From an uncultured virus (IMG/VR IMGVR_UViG_3300030118_003168) (Duplodnaviria > Heunggongvirae > Uroviricota > Caudoviricetes): a stretch of DNA of 64,000 bases. Below the pieces are notes generated by a model. That model was not told the origin of the DNA and searched no databases. It saw only the letters and a program-made list of their open reading frames with translations. The stretch spans positions 1 to 64,000 of the IMG/VR virus record IMGVR_UViG_3300030118_003168. One strand, given 5' to 3'. Shown piece by piece: positions 1 to 9,006 of the stretch. Numbering within the stretch: position 1 is the stretch's first letter; every line of letters begins with the position of its first letter. The position numbers and the translations under genes were made by a program.

Positions 1-29
1 TTAATTCTTCTGTCTCGCTATGTCCATAC

Positions 30-149
30 TCATTCATTTATTTCACCTGCCTTTTCTTGTAGTTCAGTCAAACAAGTATAACAATAAGGTCTTTTCTTAC
101 TGACTACTACATTACAGCCGATACATCTATATTGTGGTTTTATTTTCAT
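30..149 (-). CDS. Small Zn-finger protein (39 aa, MKIKPQYRCIGC...CYTC)
   Basis: Hand-translated; two CxxC motifs; GGAGG RBS upstream. Below the ORF-track cutoff. Confidence 0.6.
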   Translation of the reverse strand: MKIKPQYRCIGCNVVVSKKRPYCYTCLTELQEKAGEINE

Positions 150-160
150 TTTTATTCCTC

Positions 161-280
161 CTAATAATTTTTATAACTTTGTTCATTGTAGCCACAATCT
201 TTACATTGGACTCCTTCATAATTTTCTGTTTCCCATTCAAACATTGTTCCATTACATCTTGGGCATCTATATTGTTTCAT
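161..280 (-). CDS. Small Zn-ribbon protein (39 aa, MKQYRCPRC...CKDCGY)
   Basis: Hand-translated; two CxxC motifs; GGAGG RBS upstream. Confidence 0.65.
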   Translation of the reverse strand: MKQYRCPRCNGTMFEWETENYEGVQCKDCGYNEQSYKNY

Positions 281-282
281 TT

Positions 283-975
283 TTATTCCTCCATTAGTGG
301 CATAGGATATTTTCTAGGCTGAGCATTATTATATGCCCTTGCTCGCCTATTCCATTTGATTGCAAACCAATTACTCGGAAACCAATCAAACGGTTGTCTG
401 TTTTTTCTCCATTCAGCAAATTCCCATTTGCCTTCACGGTAATAATGACGATAGGATTCTATTACATAATCCCATTCATTATATTCAATTCCATACTGAA
501 CTCTTGCAGTATTATAGAATACATCACGGTCTATTCTATATGAATCGTCCATAGCAATAGTTACTGGTGTTAATTTGTTTGTAGGAAATTCATAATCAGC
601 AACAATACTACGGTGTAGAATACAATCAAGGATTCTTTGATGTGTTCCATGTTCTTTATCATAACGATAAGAGTATTCATCACAAAGAGCCAAACCATGT
701 TGATAAAGCCAATCAAAGTTAGCCAAAGATTGCCTCGCCCAAATGGTTGAGGGGTGGTTTAGCATGGCTGGCTTCATTAATTCTGAACCAATCTCTTGAT
801 GAAATGCCTTAAGTTCTTTCAATTGTGGTTCTTTACCGTGTTCTTGAACATATTGCATACAAAGAATATTAGTATGCAACATTTGACAGGTTTCAGTTGG
901 CATTTTGACAATATGCTTGTCAATCATTTGTTGTGCTGATTCTCTCGGACATTTTGATAGTGCGAATATATTCAT
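283..975 (-). CDS. Pyrimidine dimer DNA glycosylase / endonuclease V-like protein
   Basis: MNIF...DKHIVKMPTETCQML, NHPSTIWAR and LCDEYSYRY..H motifs typical of the phage Pyr_excise-like family. Confidence 0.7.
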   Translation of the reverse strand: MNIFALSKCPRESAQQMIDKHIVKMPTETCQMLHTNILCMQYVQEHGKEPQLKELKAFHQEIGSELMKPAMLNHPSTIWARQSLANFDWLYQHGLALCDEYSYRYDKEHGTHQRILDCILHRSIVADYEFPTNKLTPVTIAMDDSYRIDRDVFYNTARVQYGIEYNEWDYVIESYRHYYREGKWEFAEWRKNRQPFDWFPSNWFAIKWNRRARAYNNAQPRKYPMPLMEE

Positions 976-1196
976 TGTTCCATCCCTTCTTGACTGTTTT
1001 CTAAATTGATAATAGTGTTAATTAGTTGCTGTTTTGCTTCTTCATAGTTCTTATTATCTAAATGTAGAATAGCAACATATATCATGCCAACAATGTTTTT
1101 AAGCATAGTATTTACTATTTCTCTTAGTCTATTACATTGTTCTTCTACTGTTCTTTCAATTTCTTCAATCAATTTTCTCTTATCATCATCATTCAT
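972..1196 (-). CDS. Hypothetical protein
   Basis: ORF track; GGAGG RBS; tight overlaps with neighbours. Confidence 0.6.
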   Translation of the reverse strand: MNDDDKRKLIEEIERTVEEQCNRLREIVNTMLKNIVGMIYVAILHLDNKNYEEAKQQLINTIINLENSQEGMEQ

Positions 1197-1354
1197 TTAA
1201 ATAACCTCCTTGCTTCTTCGTATATTTTGTAATGGTCTTTACGACCACTCATATTCTGTATTTTACAATACTCGCTTCTTTGCTTTGCTACTATTACATC
1301 AAGATTCAAGTATTCTTCTTTCCATATTCTAGTTTCTTTAACTACTTCTCTCAT
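1193..1354 (-). CDS. Hypothetical protein (53 aa, MREVVKETRIW...)
   Basis: Hand-translated; fills the gap between operon neighbours with overlapping start/stop codons. Confidence 0.5.
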   Translation of the reverse strand: MREVVKETRIWKEEYLNLDVIVAKQRSEYCKIQNMSGRKDHYKIYEEARRLFK

Positions 1355-1577
1355 TTTCATCTTTCATCACATTTATTTTTATTTTTAAATCTTTTAAACA
1401 ACTAGCACATATTTCTATTTGCATTTCTTCTAATTGTTCTGTTTCTAAATCAACTGCACTCAATGATAATTCATGCGTTGCTTTTAGATAACATACTTTA
1501 CAACGAATTATTTCTTCCGTTGTAAAAGGAATTTTACCTAATAGATTTTTAATCCATTCAAACATATTAATCACCAA
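1338..1577 (-). CDS. Hypothetical Zn-finger protein
   Basis: CKVC and CASC motifs. Confidence 0.55.
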   Translation of the reverse strand: MVINMFEWIKNLLGKIPFTTEEIIRCKVCYLKATHELSLSAVDLETEQLEEMQIEICASCLKDLKIKINVMKDENERSS

Positions 1578-1582
1578 AAGGC

Positions 1583-1661
1583 GGAGGAAAACAAGTCATG
1601 TCTTAGAACCCACACTATTACAGAATGAAGTTTATTTCTTGTTTTTACTGTAAAAACCCCC
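1583..1661 (-). ncRNA. Stem-bulge-stem ncRNA candidate A
   Basis: Minus strand GGGGG-TTTTTACAGTA-AAAACAAG...CTTGTTTT-CCTCC; intergenic; same architecture as B, C, D. Confidence 0.4.
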
Positions 1662-1664
1662 TGT

Positions 1665-1771
1665 GCAGGAAAGTAAGGCTAAAATGACACCAAAATTGCC
1701 GAGGAGCAACCTGTTATACTTCGCAAATAACCGTATGACGGATTTTCCTTACTTTTATTTCATAAACCTGC
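1665..1771 (-). ncRNA. Stem-bulge-stem ncRNA candidate B
   Basis: Minus strand GCAGG-TTTATGAAATA-AAAGTAAGG...CCTTACTTT-CCTGC. Confidence 0.4.
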
Positions 1772-1798
1772 TTATCAACCTAAGCATCAAAGCGAAAC

Positions 1799-1987
1799 TT
1801 AGGGTTGAATAGGTAATTTAGTTTGGTCGGGGTCATAATACCATTTCAAAGGCTTTTGAATGGTTATTTGCACACCCTCACGACTACAACCTAAACAAAT
1901 ATATTTGGTTTCTTCAACCATATTTTGTTCTTCATCTAAGTAATAGTCGTGTCCAATCATTTCTATTTCTTCATGTTTACATATCAT
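1799..1987 (-). CDS. Small Zn-binding hypothetical protein
   Basis: CKH and CLGC motifs; GGTGA RBS. Confidence 0.55.
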   Translation of the reverse strand: MICKHEEIEMIGHDYYLDEEQNMVEETKYICLGCSREGVQITIQKPLKWYYDPDQTKLPIQP

Positions 1988-1996
1988 ATTATCACC

Positions 1997-3445
1997 TTAA
2001 TTTAATTCGGGTCTTGGCCCTACATAAAATAAATTCTTTTTTGCTCTTGTAATTGCAACATAAGCAATATTATTTTCTTCCTGCCCACCCAACGGATGAG
2101 GCATTCTTTCTGTTGCTAGAATATAAACATTATCAGCCTCAAGACCCTTAGCCTTGTGAACTGTTGAAAGCATAATCTCTCCGTTATCTGCATTATCAAA
2201 TACTCTTTTAATTTCATATTTGATTCCACCAACTGTTGTGGCTTTATTTACAAAGATAGCAATACAATCCTTCTTATCTTCTAAAGCAAGTGCTTGTGAT
2301 ATTTTATCAGCCTTGATTAGTTTATTATATTCATAATCAAAGTTATCCATAAACATGCTCCAAAATTCTTCTGTTCCCATATTGTCGTTCTTTGTAATCT
2401 TATCAACAGAAATAATCAATCCTGCCGTCATATCCCTGCCTAAAATATATGCGTTCTTTCCTTGACTAATTAAATCATAGAAAGCACTCACTAAAGGAGC
2501 ATTATACCTACAAAGAACCATATCGTTTGTTTGGGGATTGAACGGTGCATTCTCAATAACTGTTCCGTTGATTGCATCTTTACGAGCATGGAAATCCTTT
2601 ACGAATCTATTCGCCTCTTTAACAACTGATGTTGGGCATCTCCAAGAAATACTTAGAGGAAATTCGCTTATTTCTCTCTCACCAAGTTCAAGGCTCTCGT
2701 AAAACATGCCAATACTGTTTGAGTCAGCCCCTCTAAATCCATAAATTGCTTGATTTTTGTCACCGACAATGATACATCTTCCACCTTTTACGCATTTACG
2801 GATAAGTTCTCTTTGCGCTTCATTAAAATCTTGCGCTTCATCAACAAACATTACATCATAATATGGTAAAGGATAGTTATTTTCTAATGGTAGCCAAATC
2901 ATATCGTCAAAATCAACGATATGAGTCTGTGTTCGGCACATAGTCAGAATTGCAGGAATCGCTTCTAAAGCAATTGCTAATTCTCTATCCGATTGAAAAC
3001 TAATATTGTATTCTTCAATCAAATCCATTATTGCATGTTTATCAGTTCCTTCTGTAAGAGAACCTTTCACTAAAGAAATTAGTTTCTTTAATGGTGTAAC
3101 ATAGAAGTCTTTACCAAGAAGTTCTTTAATGATATTGTTTAGTTTGAATTTATTATAGCGAGTTCTAATTCCTGCTTCTTTTATTGCTGCAAAACCAAAT
3201 GAATGAAATGTTTTTGCTTCAACATCACTTGGCAATCTTTCTGCTAATTCAGTTGCAATAGATTTGTTAAACGCTAGAAAGGCTGCCTTTGTTCCAAAAG
3301 GAAGTCTATTCGCTCCTTCAACAATAGTAAAGGTTTTACCGCAACCTGCACCTGCATTAACAAATACATGGTTATTACTATTCTCTATTGCATTCCATAT
3401 GTTTTCTTGTTCTTCTGTTCCTGTTATCATTTTTATTACCTCCAA
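1997..3445 (-). CDS. UvrD/Rep-like superfamily 1 helicase
   Basis: AGAGCGKT (Walker A), VDEAQD, VGDKNQAIYGFRGA, STVHKAKGLE, YVAITRAK. The true start may be the ATG at 3430. Confidence 0.93.
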   Translation of the reverse strand: MEVIKMITGTEEQENIWNAIENSNNHVFVNAGAGCGKTFTIVEGANRLPFGTKAAFLAFNKSIATELAERLPSDVEAKTFHSFGFAAIKEAGIRTRYNKFKLNNIIKELLGKDFYVTPLKKLISLVKGSLTEGTDKHAIMDLIEEYNISFQSDRELAIALEAIPAILTMCRTQTHIVDFDDMIWLPLENNYPLPYYDVMFVDEAQDFNEAQRELIRKCVKGGRCIIVGDKNQAIYGFRGADSNSIGMFYESLELGEREISEFPLSISWRCPTSVVKEANRFVKDFHARKDAINGTVIENAPFNPQTNDMVLCRYNAPLVSAFYDLISQGKNAYILGRDMTAGLIISVDKITKNDNMGTEEFWSMFMDNFDYEYNKLIKADKISQALALEDKKDCIAIFVNKATTVGGIKYEIKRVFDNADNGEIMLSTVHKAKGLEADNVYILATERMPHPLGGQEENNIAYVAITRAKKNLFYVGPRPELN

Positions 3446-3454
3446 TTAATATTT

Positions 3455-3583
3455 GGGAATAGGTGGCCGAAGGAGGAAAACAAAGTAATTATAGGCAGGA
3501 GGTAATAACTTCCTATAATTACTTGATACTTCCCAAAGTCGCCCCTTATCCTCTACTTCGGCCATGTGTATTTTTGCAAACCC
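3455..3583 (-). ncRNA. Stem-bulge-stem ncRNA candidate C
   Basis: Minus strand GGG-TTTGCAAAAAT...TGGCCGAAG...CTTCGGCCA...CCC, with an internal AAGTAATTATAGG/CCTATAATTACTT stem. Confidence 0.45.
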
Positions 3584-3649
3584 TCCTGAAAATTTCTGTC
3601 AAATTTGACAGACCCTCCTAACAGAAAAGTTGTTAATAATGAATATAAG

Positions 3650-3776
3650 TGAGAGAAAATTGACTTTCAGGGTTTGATTCCTTACTTGCGGGGAAGGTGC
3701 TTATTTCAGCCAGTAGTTCTTATGGAATACCTTTTCTCCGTTATTACTGTCAATTTATTATTTTGCAAAACTCTCA
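3650..3776 (-). ncRNA. Stem-bulge-stem ncRNA candidate D
   Basis: Minus strand TGAGAG-TTTTGCAAAAT-AATAAATTGAC...GTCAATTTT-CTCTCA, followed by the same trailer (CTTATATTCA) as the tRNA. Confidence 0.5.
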
Positions 3777-3788
3777 TGTGAATATAAG

Positions 3789-3873
3789 TGCTGAGAGCAG
3801 GATTTGAACCTGCGAACCAAATGTGGACAGGAGTTTAAGCCCTGCGCTTTTAACCATGCTCAGCCATCTCAGC
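3789..3873 (-). tRNA. trnL: tRNA-Leu (anticodon TAA)
   Basis: Acceptor GCTGAGA/TCTCAGC+A; anticodon arm CAGGG-CTTAAAC-TCCTG; long variable arm; T arm GCAGG-TTCAAAT-CCTGC; CCA not encoded. Confidence 0.93.
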
Positions 3874-4029
3874 GTATTTACTTGAACAAAAAGAAATGAT
3901 TACTAATTATAATCACACGGATGAAAAACCCCACGCTTTGCATACTGTTCAAGTAATATGCGGGTGGCGAGCCGTATATAGTGCGACCCGCAGGGGGTCA
4001 AACATTGATTGAATAAGATTTAATGGTTC

Positions 4030-4281
4030 TCAATTGAACCATGTAAGATAAATGACCCAAGAAATGAGTCCTACGATGATACTTCCCCAAAATAACTTTA
4101 ATCGTAAGTTATTGATGGGATTACATCTTTTTTTCAGACAGTAATGACTGGTTGATATAGTTCCTTTATGCACATAAGTTTCTAAAAGATGATTAGAACC
4201 TTCGGGAATATCAATTCCGCACTTTTGGCATATTTCATCTTTTTCGGCTTTTACATATACTTCTTCAACTAAACGCATCAC
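4030..4281 (-). CDS. Zn-finger protein with C-terminal transmembrane helix
   Basis: CQKC and HYC...C motifs; hydrophobic C-terminus. Confidence 0.6.
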   Translation of the reverse strand: MMRLVEEVYVKAEKDEICQKCGIDIPEGSNHLLETYVHKGTISTSHYCLKKRCNPINNLRLKLFWGSIIVGLISWVIYLTWFN

Positions 4282-4445
4282 TAATCCTCAAAGAATTAAA
4301 AGGGGGGAAACACAGGGGAGCGAACTCCCCCATGTTTCGGCTTTATCAGAATAAATTCTGATAATTCAGTTTAAGAATCCTTAGACTCAAAAACCCCGTT
4401 GTTCAGGTCAAAGACCTGAAGTGCGTCCAAAAACCGCTATTACCT

Positions 4446-4913
4446 TCATTCATCAGATGGCAAAAGGCTTTCAACTGAACCATCCCAGTTTCCGTCCTTA
4501 AACATCTTAGATAGGTTATTACGGGTTCTTTTAACGACTGCTGAAGCATAATCTTCAGCACCCTCGTATGAACCGCCACCACTCTTAATGTGCTTCATGG
4601 TGATTGCACCAATAATTGCATCATGGTTGTAGTATTGAACACTTGCTTCTTCAACAACACCGCAAATGCGGTCAATTGCTACTCTAACGGAAGCAGGAAC
4701 AGCAGATTTTTGACCCCTTCGGAAAGGTGTTCCATCTCTACCCTTTAATAGAGCCTTTAATGCGCCTAAAGCAGCATCTCGCTCATTTGGGTTGTTCTGT
4801 CCTATTTGTAGGTTCAATTCAACAACTTGGCGCAATCCAGCATCCAAAGTCGTGTCGGCTTCAAGGTATTCGTTCACTTCAATAACAAGTGAATCCCATT
4901 GTGTGTTATCCAT
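4446..4913 (-). CDS. Hypothetical protein, distant paralog of 7491 and 9387
   Basis: RRGQKSAVP, GGSY and FKDGNWDGS align with RRGRESALP, GGAY and YKEGRWDGS. Confidence 0.7.
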   Translation of the reverse strand: MDNTQWDSLVIEVNEYLEADTTLDAGLRQVVELNLQIGQNNPNERDAALGALKALLKGRDGTPFRRGQKSAVPASVRVAIDRICGVVEEASVQYYNHDAIIGAITMKHIKSGGGSYEGAEDYASAVVKRTRNNLSKMFKDGNWDGSVESLLPSDE

Positions 4914-5139
4914 GTTTATCTAACTCCCGCCCTTTTGGGCTATACTTACCACATTTGATAGGGTATATAAACAACCCTTTGATAAATCCCTCCGATTTTT
5001 CGTTCAAGCGAAAATACAACTTTTTTCTTAGTTCCCTGTGGGGGACAAGGGGCATTTTCAACGATTCTATTTTGATTAATTGATTTCTATTTAAATCTGT
5101 TAAGATTAATTGAAATGATTTACCTTTTAACAACGGGGC

Positions 5140-5680
5140 GTTGAAAGTGGGAATTTTTCATATGAATTATCACCTTTGAGAAGATTCTCAAGATACGATA
5201 AAGTTAGATTCTTCGCATTTGTGTTGCATAACTGATTAAAAATGGCTGTTTTTGATTGAGGTTTCTCACTTTTCTCGTTTCTCACGATTCTCAATAGGTC
5301 TTTCTGTCTATTACTACATAACCCCTAAGAAACTGATAGCATAAGTAAGAAGAAATTAAGGGGTAAGTAGTAGTAGAAGAATGAATGAATGAATGAGAAA
5401 TGAGAAAATTGAGAAAAGTAAAAAAATATATTACTTATGTCTACATAACCCCTAAGATTCTTGCTTGACTTACATTTCGCACTTGCACAATCGGATGAGA
5501 AACCTAAATTAAATCATTATAATATAATATTAATATTAGAATATGAATACGAATTAATATAAGACCAATTGAAAATAAGATAGAGAAAGAGTAACTATTC
5601 TGAGGGGTGAAAAGTTATCCCTGATAGCAGGAATGAATATACTCTCATTTAGGATAAATCTGCGTTTTATGACGCATTCG
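5140..5680. repeat. AT-rich divergent intergenic region with iteron-like repeats (candidate origin/control region)
   Basis: 17-bp direct repeat CTACATAACCCCTAAGA at 5314-5330 and 5441-5457; clustered TTCTC(A/G) on the left, inverted TGAGAA copies on the right; (GAAT)n run. Confidence 0.5.
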
Positions 5681-5754
5681 CTATCATATGGTTGTAAATT
5701 GCTTTGCAATTAAGACCCTATATGCCGCAATCAGCCCGTTGTTGAAGTGATACT

Positions 5755-6474
5755 ATGTCTATACAATATGTAAGAACAATGAAGATTAATTACGGAGATA
5801 AAATGAACGAACTGGATTTTAACAAACTAAATGGTGCTTTGGCTGAAAAAGGTGTCTATTTGATTGACTCTTTTAGCCGTGTTGATACTGATAATTACGG
5901 TTATGTCCATGTTGAAGAAAACACTACTGTTTATGGAATTGTTATTGAAAATGAAGTCCAATTTACTGTTGATTGGGAAAGCGATGCAAAAATCATTACT
6001 GATGGTCTTTACAACCTTCACAAAGATTGCCACTACAATGAAATTAATACTACTGTTAAAACCCAAAAGTGGGCTGAGCCTGAAGGAACTCAATTACAAT
6101 TTACAATTCCTCTTGACGGTGAAGTTCAAAATTTTGACTGTTGGGGTAATAACCACATTCTTTATGAAAATGGTGCAAAAATGTATGCTTTCCTTGAGAA
6201 TGATTATATCGGAATGGTTTTGCGTTTCCGTGTTGTTTGGGAGCAAGAGAATGTTCAGCGAAAAGAAGCCATTGAAGACGCTATGGTTCAAACCGTTCTA
6301 AATGACATGGGTAAAATACAAAAAGCCGTTGAAAGCCGTCTTAAACTCAAAAAGTTTGGATATAATGTTGAAGAAGTCGGAATTGATTGTCATTTCGATG
6401 CTAAGACCGAATCAAGGTCAGAATGCGCTCCAGACATCATTAAACAAGTTAGGGAGGCAAGAAAGGGTAATTAA
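5755..6474 (+). CDS. Hypothetical protein (cassette 1)
   Basis: 239-aa ORF between palindromes; followed by a CCCC-ACA-GGGGG hairpin. Confidence 0.75.
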   Translation: MSIQYVRTMKINYGDKMNELDFNKLNGALAEKGVYLIDSFSRVDTDNYGYVHVEENTTVYGIVIENEVQFTVDWESDAKIITDGLYNLHKDCHYNEINTTVKTQKWAEPEGTQLQFTIPLDGEVQNFDCWGNNHILYENGAKMYAFLENDYIGMVLRFRVVWEQENVQRKEAIEDAMVQTVLNDMGKIQKAVESRLKLKKFGYNVEEVGIDCHFDAKTESRSECAPDIIKQVREARKGN

Positions 6475-6577
6475 AGCCCTTAAATCCGTAAGACCCCACA
6501 GGGGGCAGGGTTATTGCAAAGCATAACCATATGGTTGTAGTTACTTTGTTATACGGAAACCATATATTTCATTGTTC

Positions 6578-6860
6578 ATGTATTACTGTCGGAAGTCATG
6601 AGCCGACAGGGATTGACTGAATACCCTCAAGGTCGGGGGTAAAGTGCTTGTTTTCGTGTGGTGCGACATATGAACACCTAATGCCCGTATGGGTGAGGGT
6701 TTTCCTCTATGAAAGTGATTAAGGCTCAAAAGGCGCATTCTTACCAAGAATGTTCATAAACAAGGCAGATAGGCTCTTAAGATATAAGAGCGACCTAAAG
6801 TGAGTGCGACCCAATCGTATCTATCTTAGTGATACTCAATTCACTATCCCACCCTTTTTA
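6578..6860 (+). ncRNA. Structured non-coding RNA candidate (cassette 2)
   Basis: No ORF of 60 aa or more; stems CTGTCGG/CCGACAG, CATTCTT/AAGAATG, GCTCTTA/TAAGAGC and long-range TATGAACA/TGTTCATA; cassette promoter upstream and hairpin downstream. Confidence 0.55.
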
Positions 6861-7047
6861 CTCCATTTATGCCCTTAAGCGAAGAGAAAGCGATGATAGA
6901 GGCTGAAAAAGGCACATATGTATAAAAATATCAATTACCATCAAGATACTTCCCTGTGCCCCCTTTTGGGGTTTAATGCAAAGCAACACCATATGGTTTT
7001 AGAATCTTTGATGATAAAACCCTATATCTCACCAATTACCGTTTATC

Positions 7048-7326
7048 ATGTGCAAAGATTGTGTAAGAGCATTGAATACTATTAGCAACGGAATGTCCAA
7101 GTTTCTCCGAGATGGTTTTGAAACCGCTATCATGCGAGATATGTCTCCCGAAATGAATGATGAGGAAGGAATGTTCCATTTGTTCATTTACGAATTGGTT
7201 GCAGAAACAGCGAAGCATGTCATTGATATGACCGTTATGGAGGAATTGACCTCTAAATTAATGGATTCTCTCATGGAGGCCGCTATTGATTCCGAATTAC
7301 GCAGATTCCAAGATAAGCATGCTTGA
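7048..7326 (+). CDS. Hypothetical protein (cassette 3)
   Basis: ATG about 25 nt after CCCTATAT (leaderless); followed by a TGGCGAGG/CCTCGCCA hairpin. Confidence 0.7.
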   Translation: MCKDCVRALNTISNGMSKFLRDGFETAIMRDMSPEMNDEEGMFHLFIYELVAETAKHVIDMTVMEELTSKLMDSLMEAAIDSELRRFQDKHA

Positions 7327-7490
7327 ATCCCTTTGGCGAGGTTTTTCCCTCATTTTTCCCTCGCCATCGGGTTATCAAAGCAAACCATATGGTTGTAAAT
7401 ACTTTGGGTTTACAACCTTATGAATCATTAAATCCCAATATACGCTTCAAGGGGCGAAAGACTTGAAGAACACAACAGGAGGAATATATT

Positions 7491-8030
7491 ATGAAGATTA
7501 AGAACTGGAACATGAATACAAGCAAGGTTCGGGCATGGGCTGAAAACCAACCCGAATCGGATAACTTACAGGCTGTCCTACTTTCTCTCACATTGGGAGA
7601 TAATGCGGCAACTGATGAACTAAGAAGCACTTATTGGACTGCAATTCGTTCAATTGGCAGCACTATGCCTAATTTTCCGAAGGCTCGTCGTGGGAGAGAA
7701 TCAACGCTTACCGACAATCAAGAAATTGTATTGGCGACTGTGGAGGAAAAAGTAGCGGCTGCTTATGCATCAATCCCTACTGAATACCATGACATTCTAT
7801 TGTCTGTAATCGTCCCACACGGGCGAACTGGTGGAGTTTACGCCAGTATTGATGATATGGTCGCAAATTACAAGAAACAAGCACATAACTACATTATGCA
7901 GTCATTGAAAGACGGTAGAGTGGCTTTGACTGATGAAGGCGAATTTGACCTTGATAAGTCAGGTATGCTACAAATCACCCCTCGTCCAACTAAAGACGAG
8001 GATTCCGAAGGAGGTTCGGAAGACGAGTGA
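7491..8030 (+). CDS. Hypothetical protein (cassette 4), paralog of 9387
   Basis: Shares RSTYWTAIRSIGS, FPKARRGRES and PHGRTGG with the 9387 protein; GGAGG RBS. Confidence 0.85.
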   Translation: MKIKNWNMNTSKVRAWAENQPESDNLQAVLLSLTLGDNAATDELRSTYWTAIRSIGSTMPNFPKARRGRESTLTDNQEIVLATVEEKVAAAYASIPTEYHDILLSVIVPHGRTGGVYASIDDMVANYKKQAHNYIMQSLKDGRVALTDEGEFDLDKSGMLQITPRPTKDEDSEGGSEDE

Positions 8031-8142
8031 TTCGGCAAGGATTTCGCCCCTTGTCGCCCCTTGCGGGGGGTTTACACAAAGTAAAACCATATGGTAGGGC
8101 TTTGTTCTACCTTACGATATATCACCGATTTTAACGGTTATC

Positions 8143-8427
8143 ATGCGAAAGATTACAGAAGACGCAATAAGAGCATTTAGAAACAGACAAGAATTTAAGC
8201 GAGGAAATACTGAAGTTAGGGTTTTTGGGCATCTTTGCCAACTTCGCCTTCATGGAAATGTTATCGCTGAAGATAAAGACGGAGAATTGTGGATTACATC
8301 GGCAGGTTGGGAATCAAACACTACAAAAGAGAGACTTAACGGTTTACCTACTGTTTCAATCCATCAAAAGGATTACCAATGGTATTTAAACGGTAATGTA
8401 TGGGATGGGGAATGGATATTAATTTAA
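8143..8427 (+). CDS. Conserved phage hypothetical protein (cassette 5)
   Basis: GNTEV, LHGNVIA and GWESNTTKERLN motifs that I recognise from small phage proteins. Confidence 0.75.
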   Translation: MRKITEDAIRAFRNRQEFKRGNTEVRVFGHLCQLRLHGNVIAEDKDGELWITSAGWESNTTKERLNGLPTVSIHQKDYQWYLNGNVWDGEWILI

Positions 8428-8603
8428 GGAATACTGTGGAGAGCGTTTTTGATTGTTTTCGCTCAGGTAATGGAGCCACGCATAGGGTAAATGTGCAAAT
8501 AGCCGAAATAAAAAACAATCCCCGCCTTTGGGTAAAGACAAAGCAATACCATATGGTTGCACTTTGAGCAACCCTATACATACTACTCATTTAATCGTAT
8601 ATC

Positions 8604-8924
8604 ATGGCTAACCAATACAATGTTGCACTTTGCGCTGGACGACACGAAATTAAGACAAATGGGGGAGTTAGTGTCCCTAATGCTATTTATGAGCATATTC
8701 AGAACCCTATGGATTTTGATTTCCTAGAAGGTCGTGCTAGTGATTTTATATATCATTTGGAAGATAATAATGTTGAGATTCTAAATCTCTACATTACTGG
8801 TTTAACTCCAGCATTAACCTCATTTTTGGCATTAGCAAGCAATTGGGAGGGAAAAATTACATTGTGGCACTTTGACCGTGATTCTTTCACTTATATGCCT
8901 CAATACTTTCAAAACTGGATGTAA
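8604..8924 (+). CDS. Hypothetical protein, possible CARF/Rossmann-like fold (cassette 6)
   Basis: LCAGRHEI, LYITGLTPAL and LWHFDR motifs; fold assignment is inference only. Confidence 0.6.
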   Translation: MANQYNVALCAGRHEIKTNGGVSVPNAIYEHIQNPMDFDFLEGRASDFIYHLEDNNVEILNLYITGLTPALTSFLALASNWEGKITLWHFDRDSFTYMPQYFQNWM

Positions 8925-9006
8925 TCCGCCCCTTCGGGGGTATTACCAAAGATACTACCATATGCTTTGTAAGAGAGTGGTTAAGCGACGGATTCGGCCT
9001 ATTACC

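Noticed and set aside
4889..5133. Two short opposing ORFs
   Set aside because: They lie over the likely promoter region of the 4913 gene, have weak starts and show no recognisable motifs.
5827..6526. Overlapping alternative-frame ORFs in cassette 1
   Set aside because: No RBS or promoter of their own, and they overlap a better-supported gene.
7448..8053. Bulge-helix-bulge splice motif in the 5'/3' pairing
   Set aside because: The pairing shows symmetric 2x2 mismatches rather than 3-4-3 BHB geometry, so endonuclease-mediated circularisation is not supported directly.
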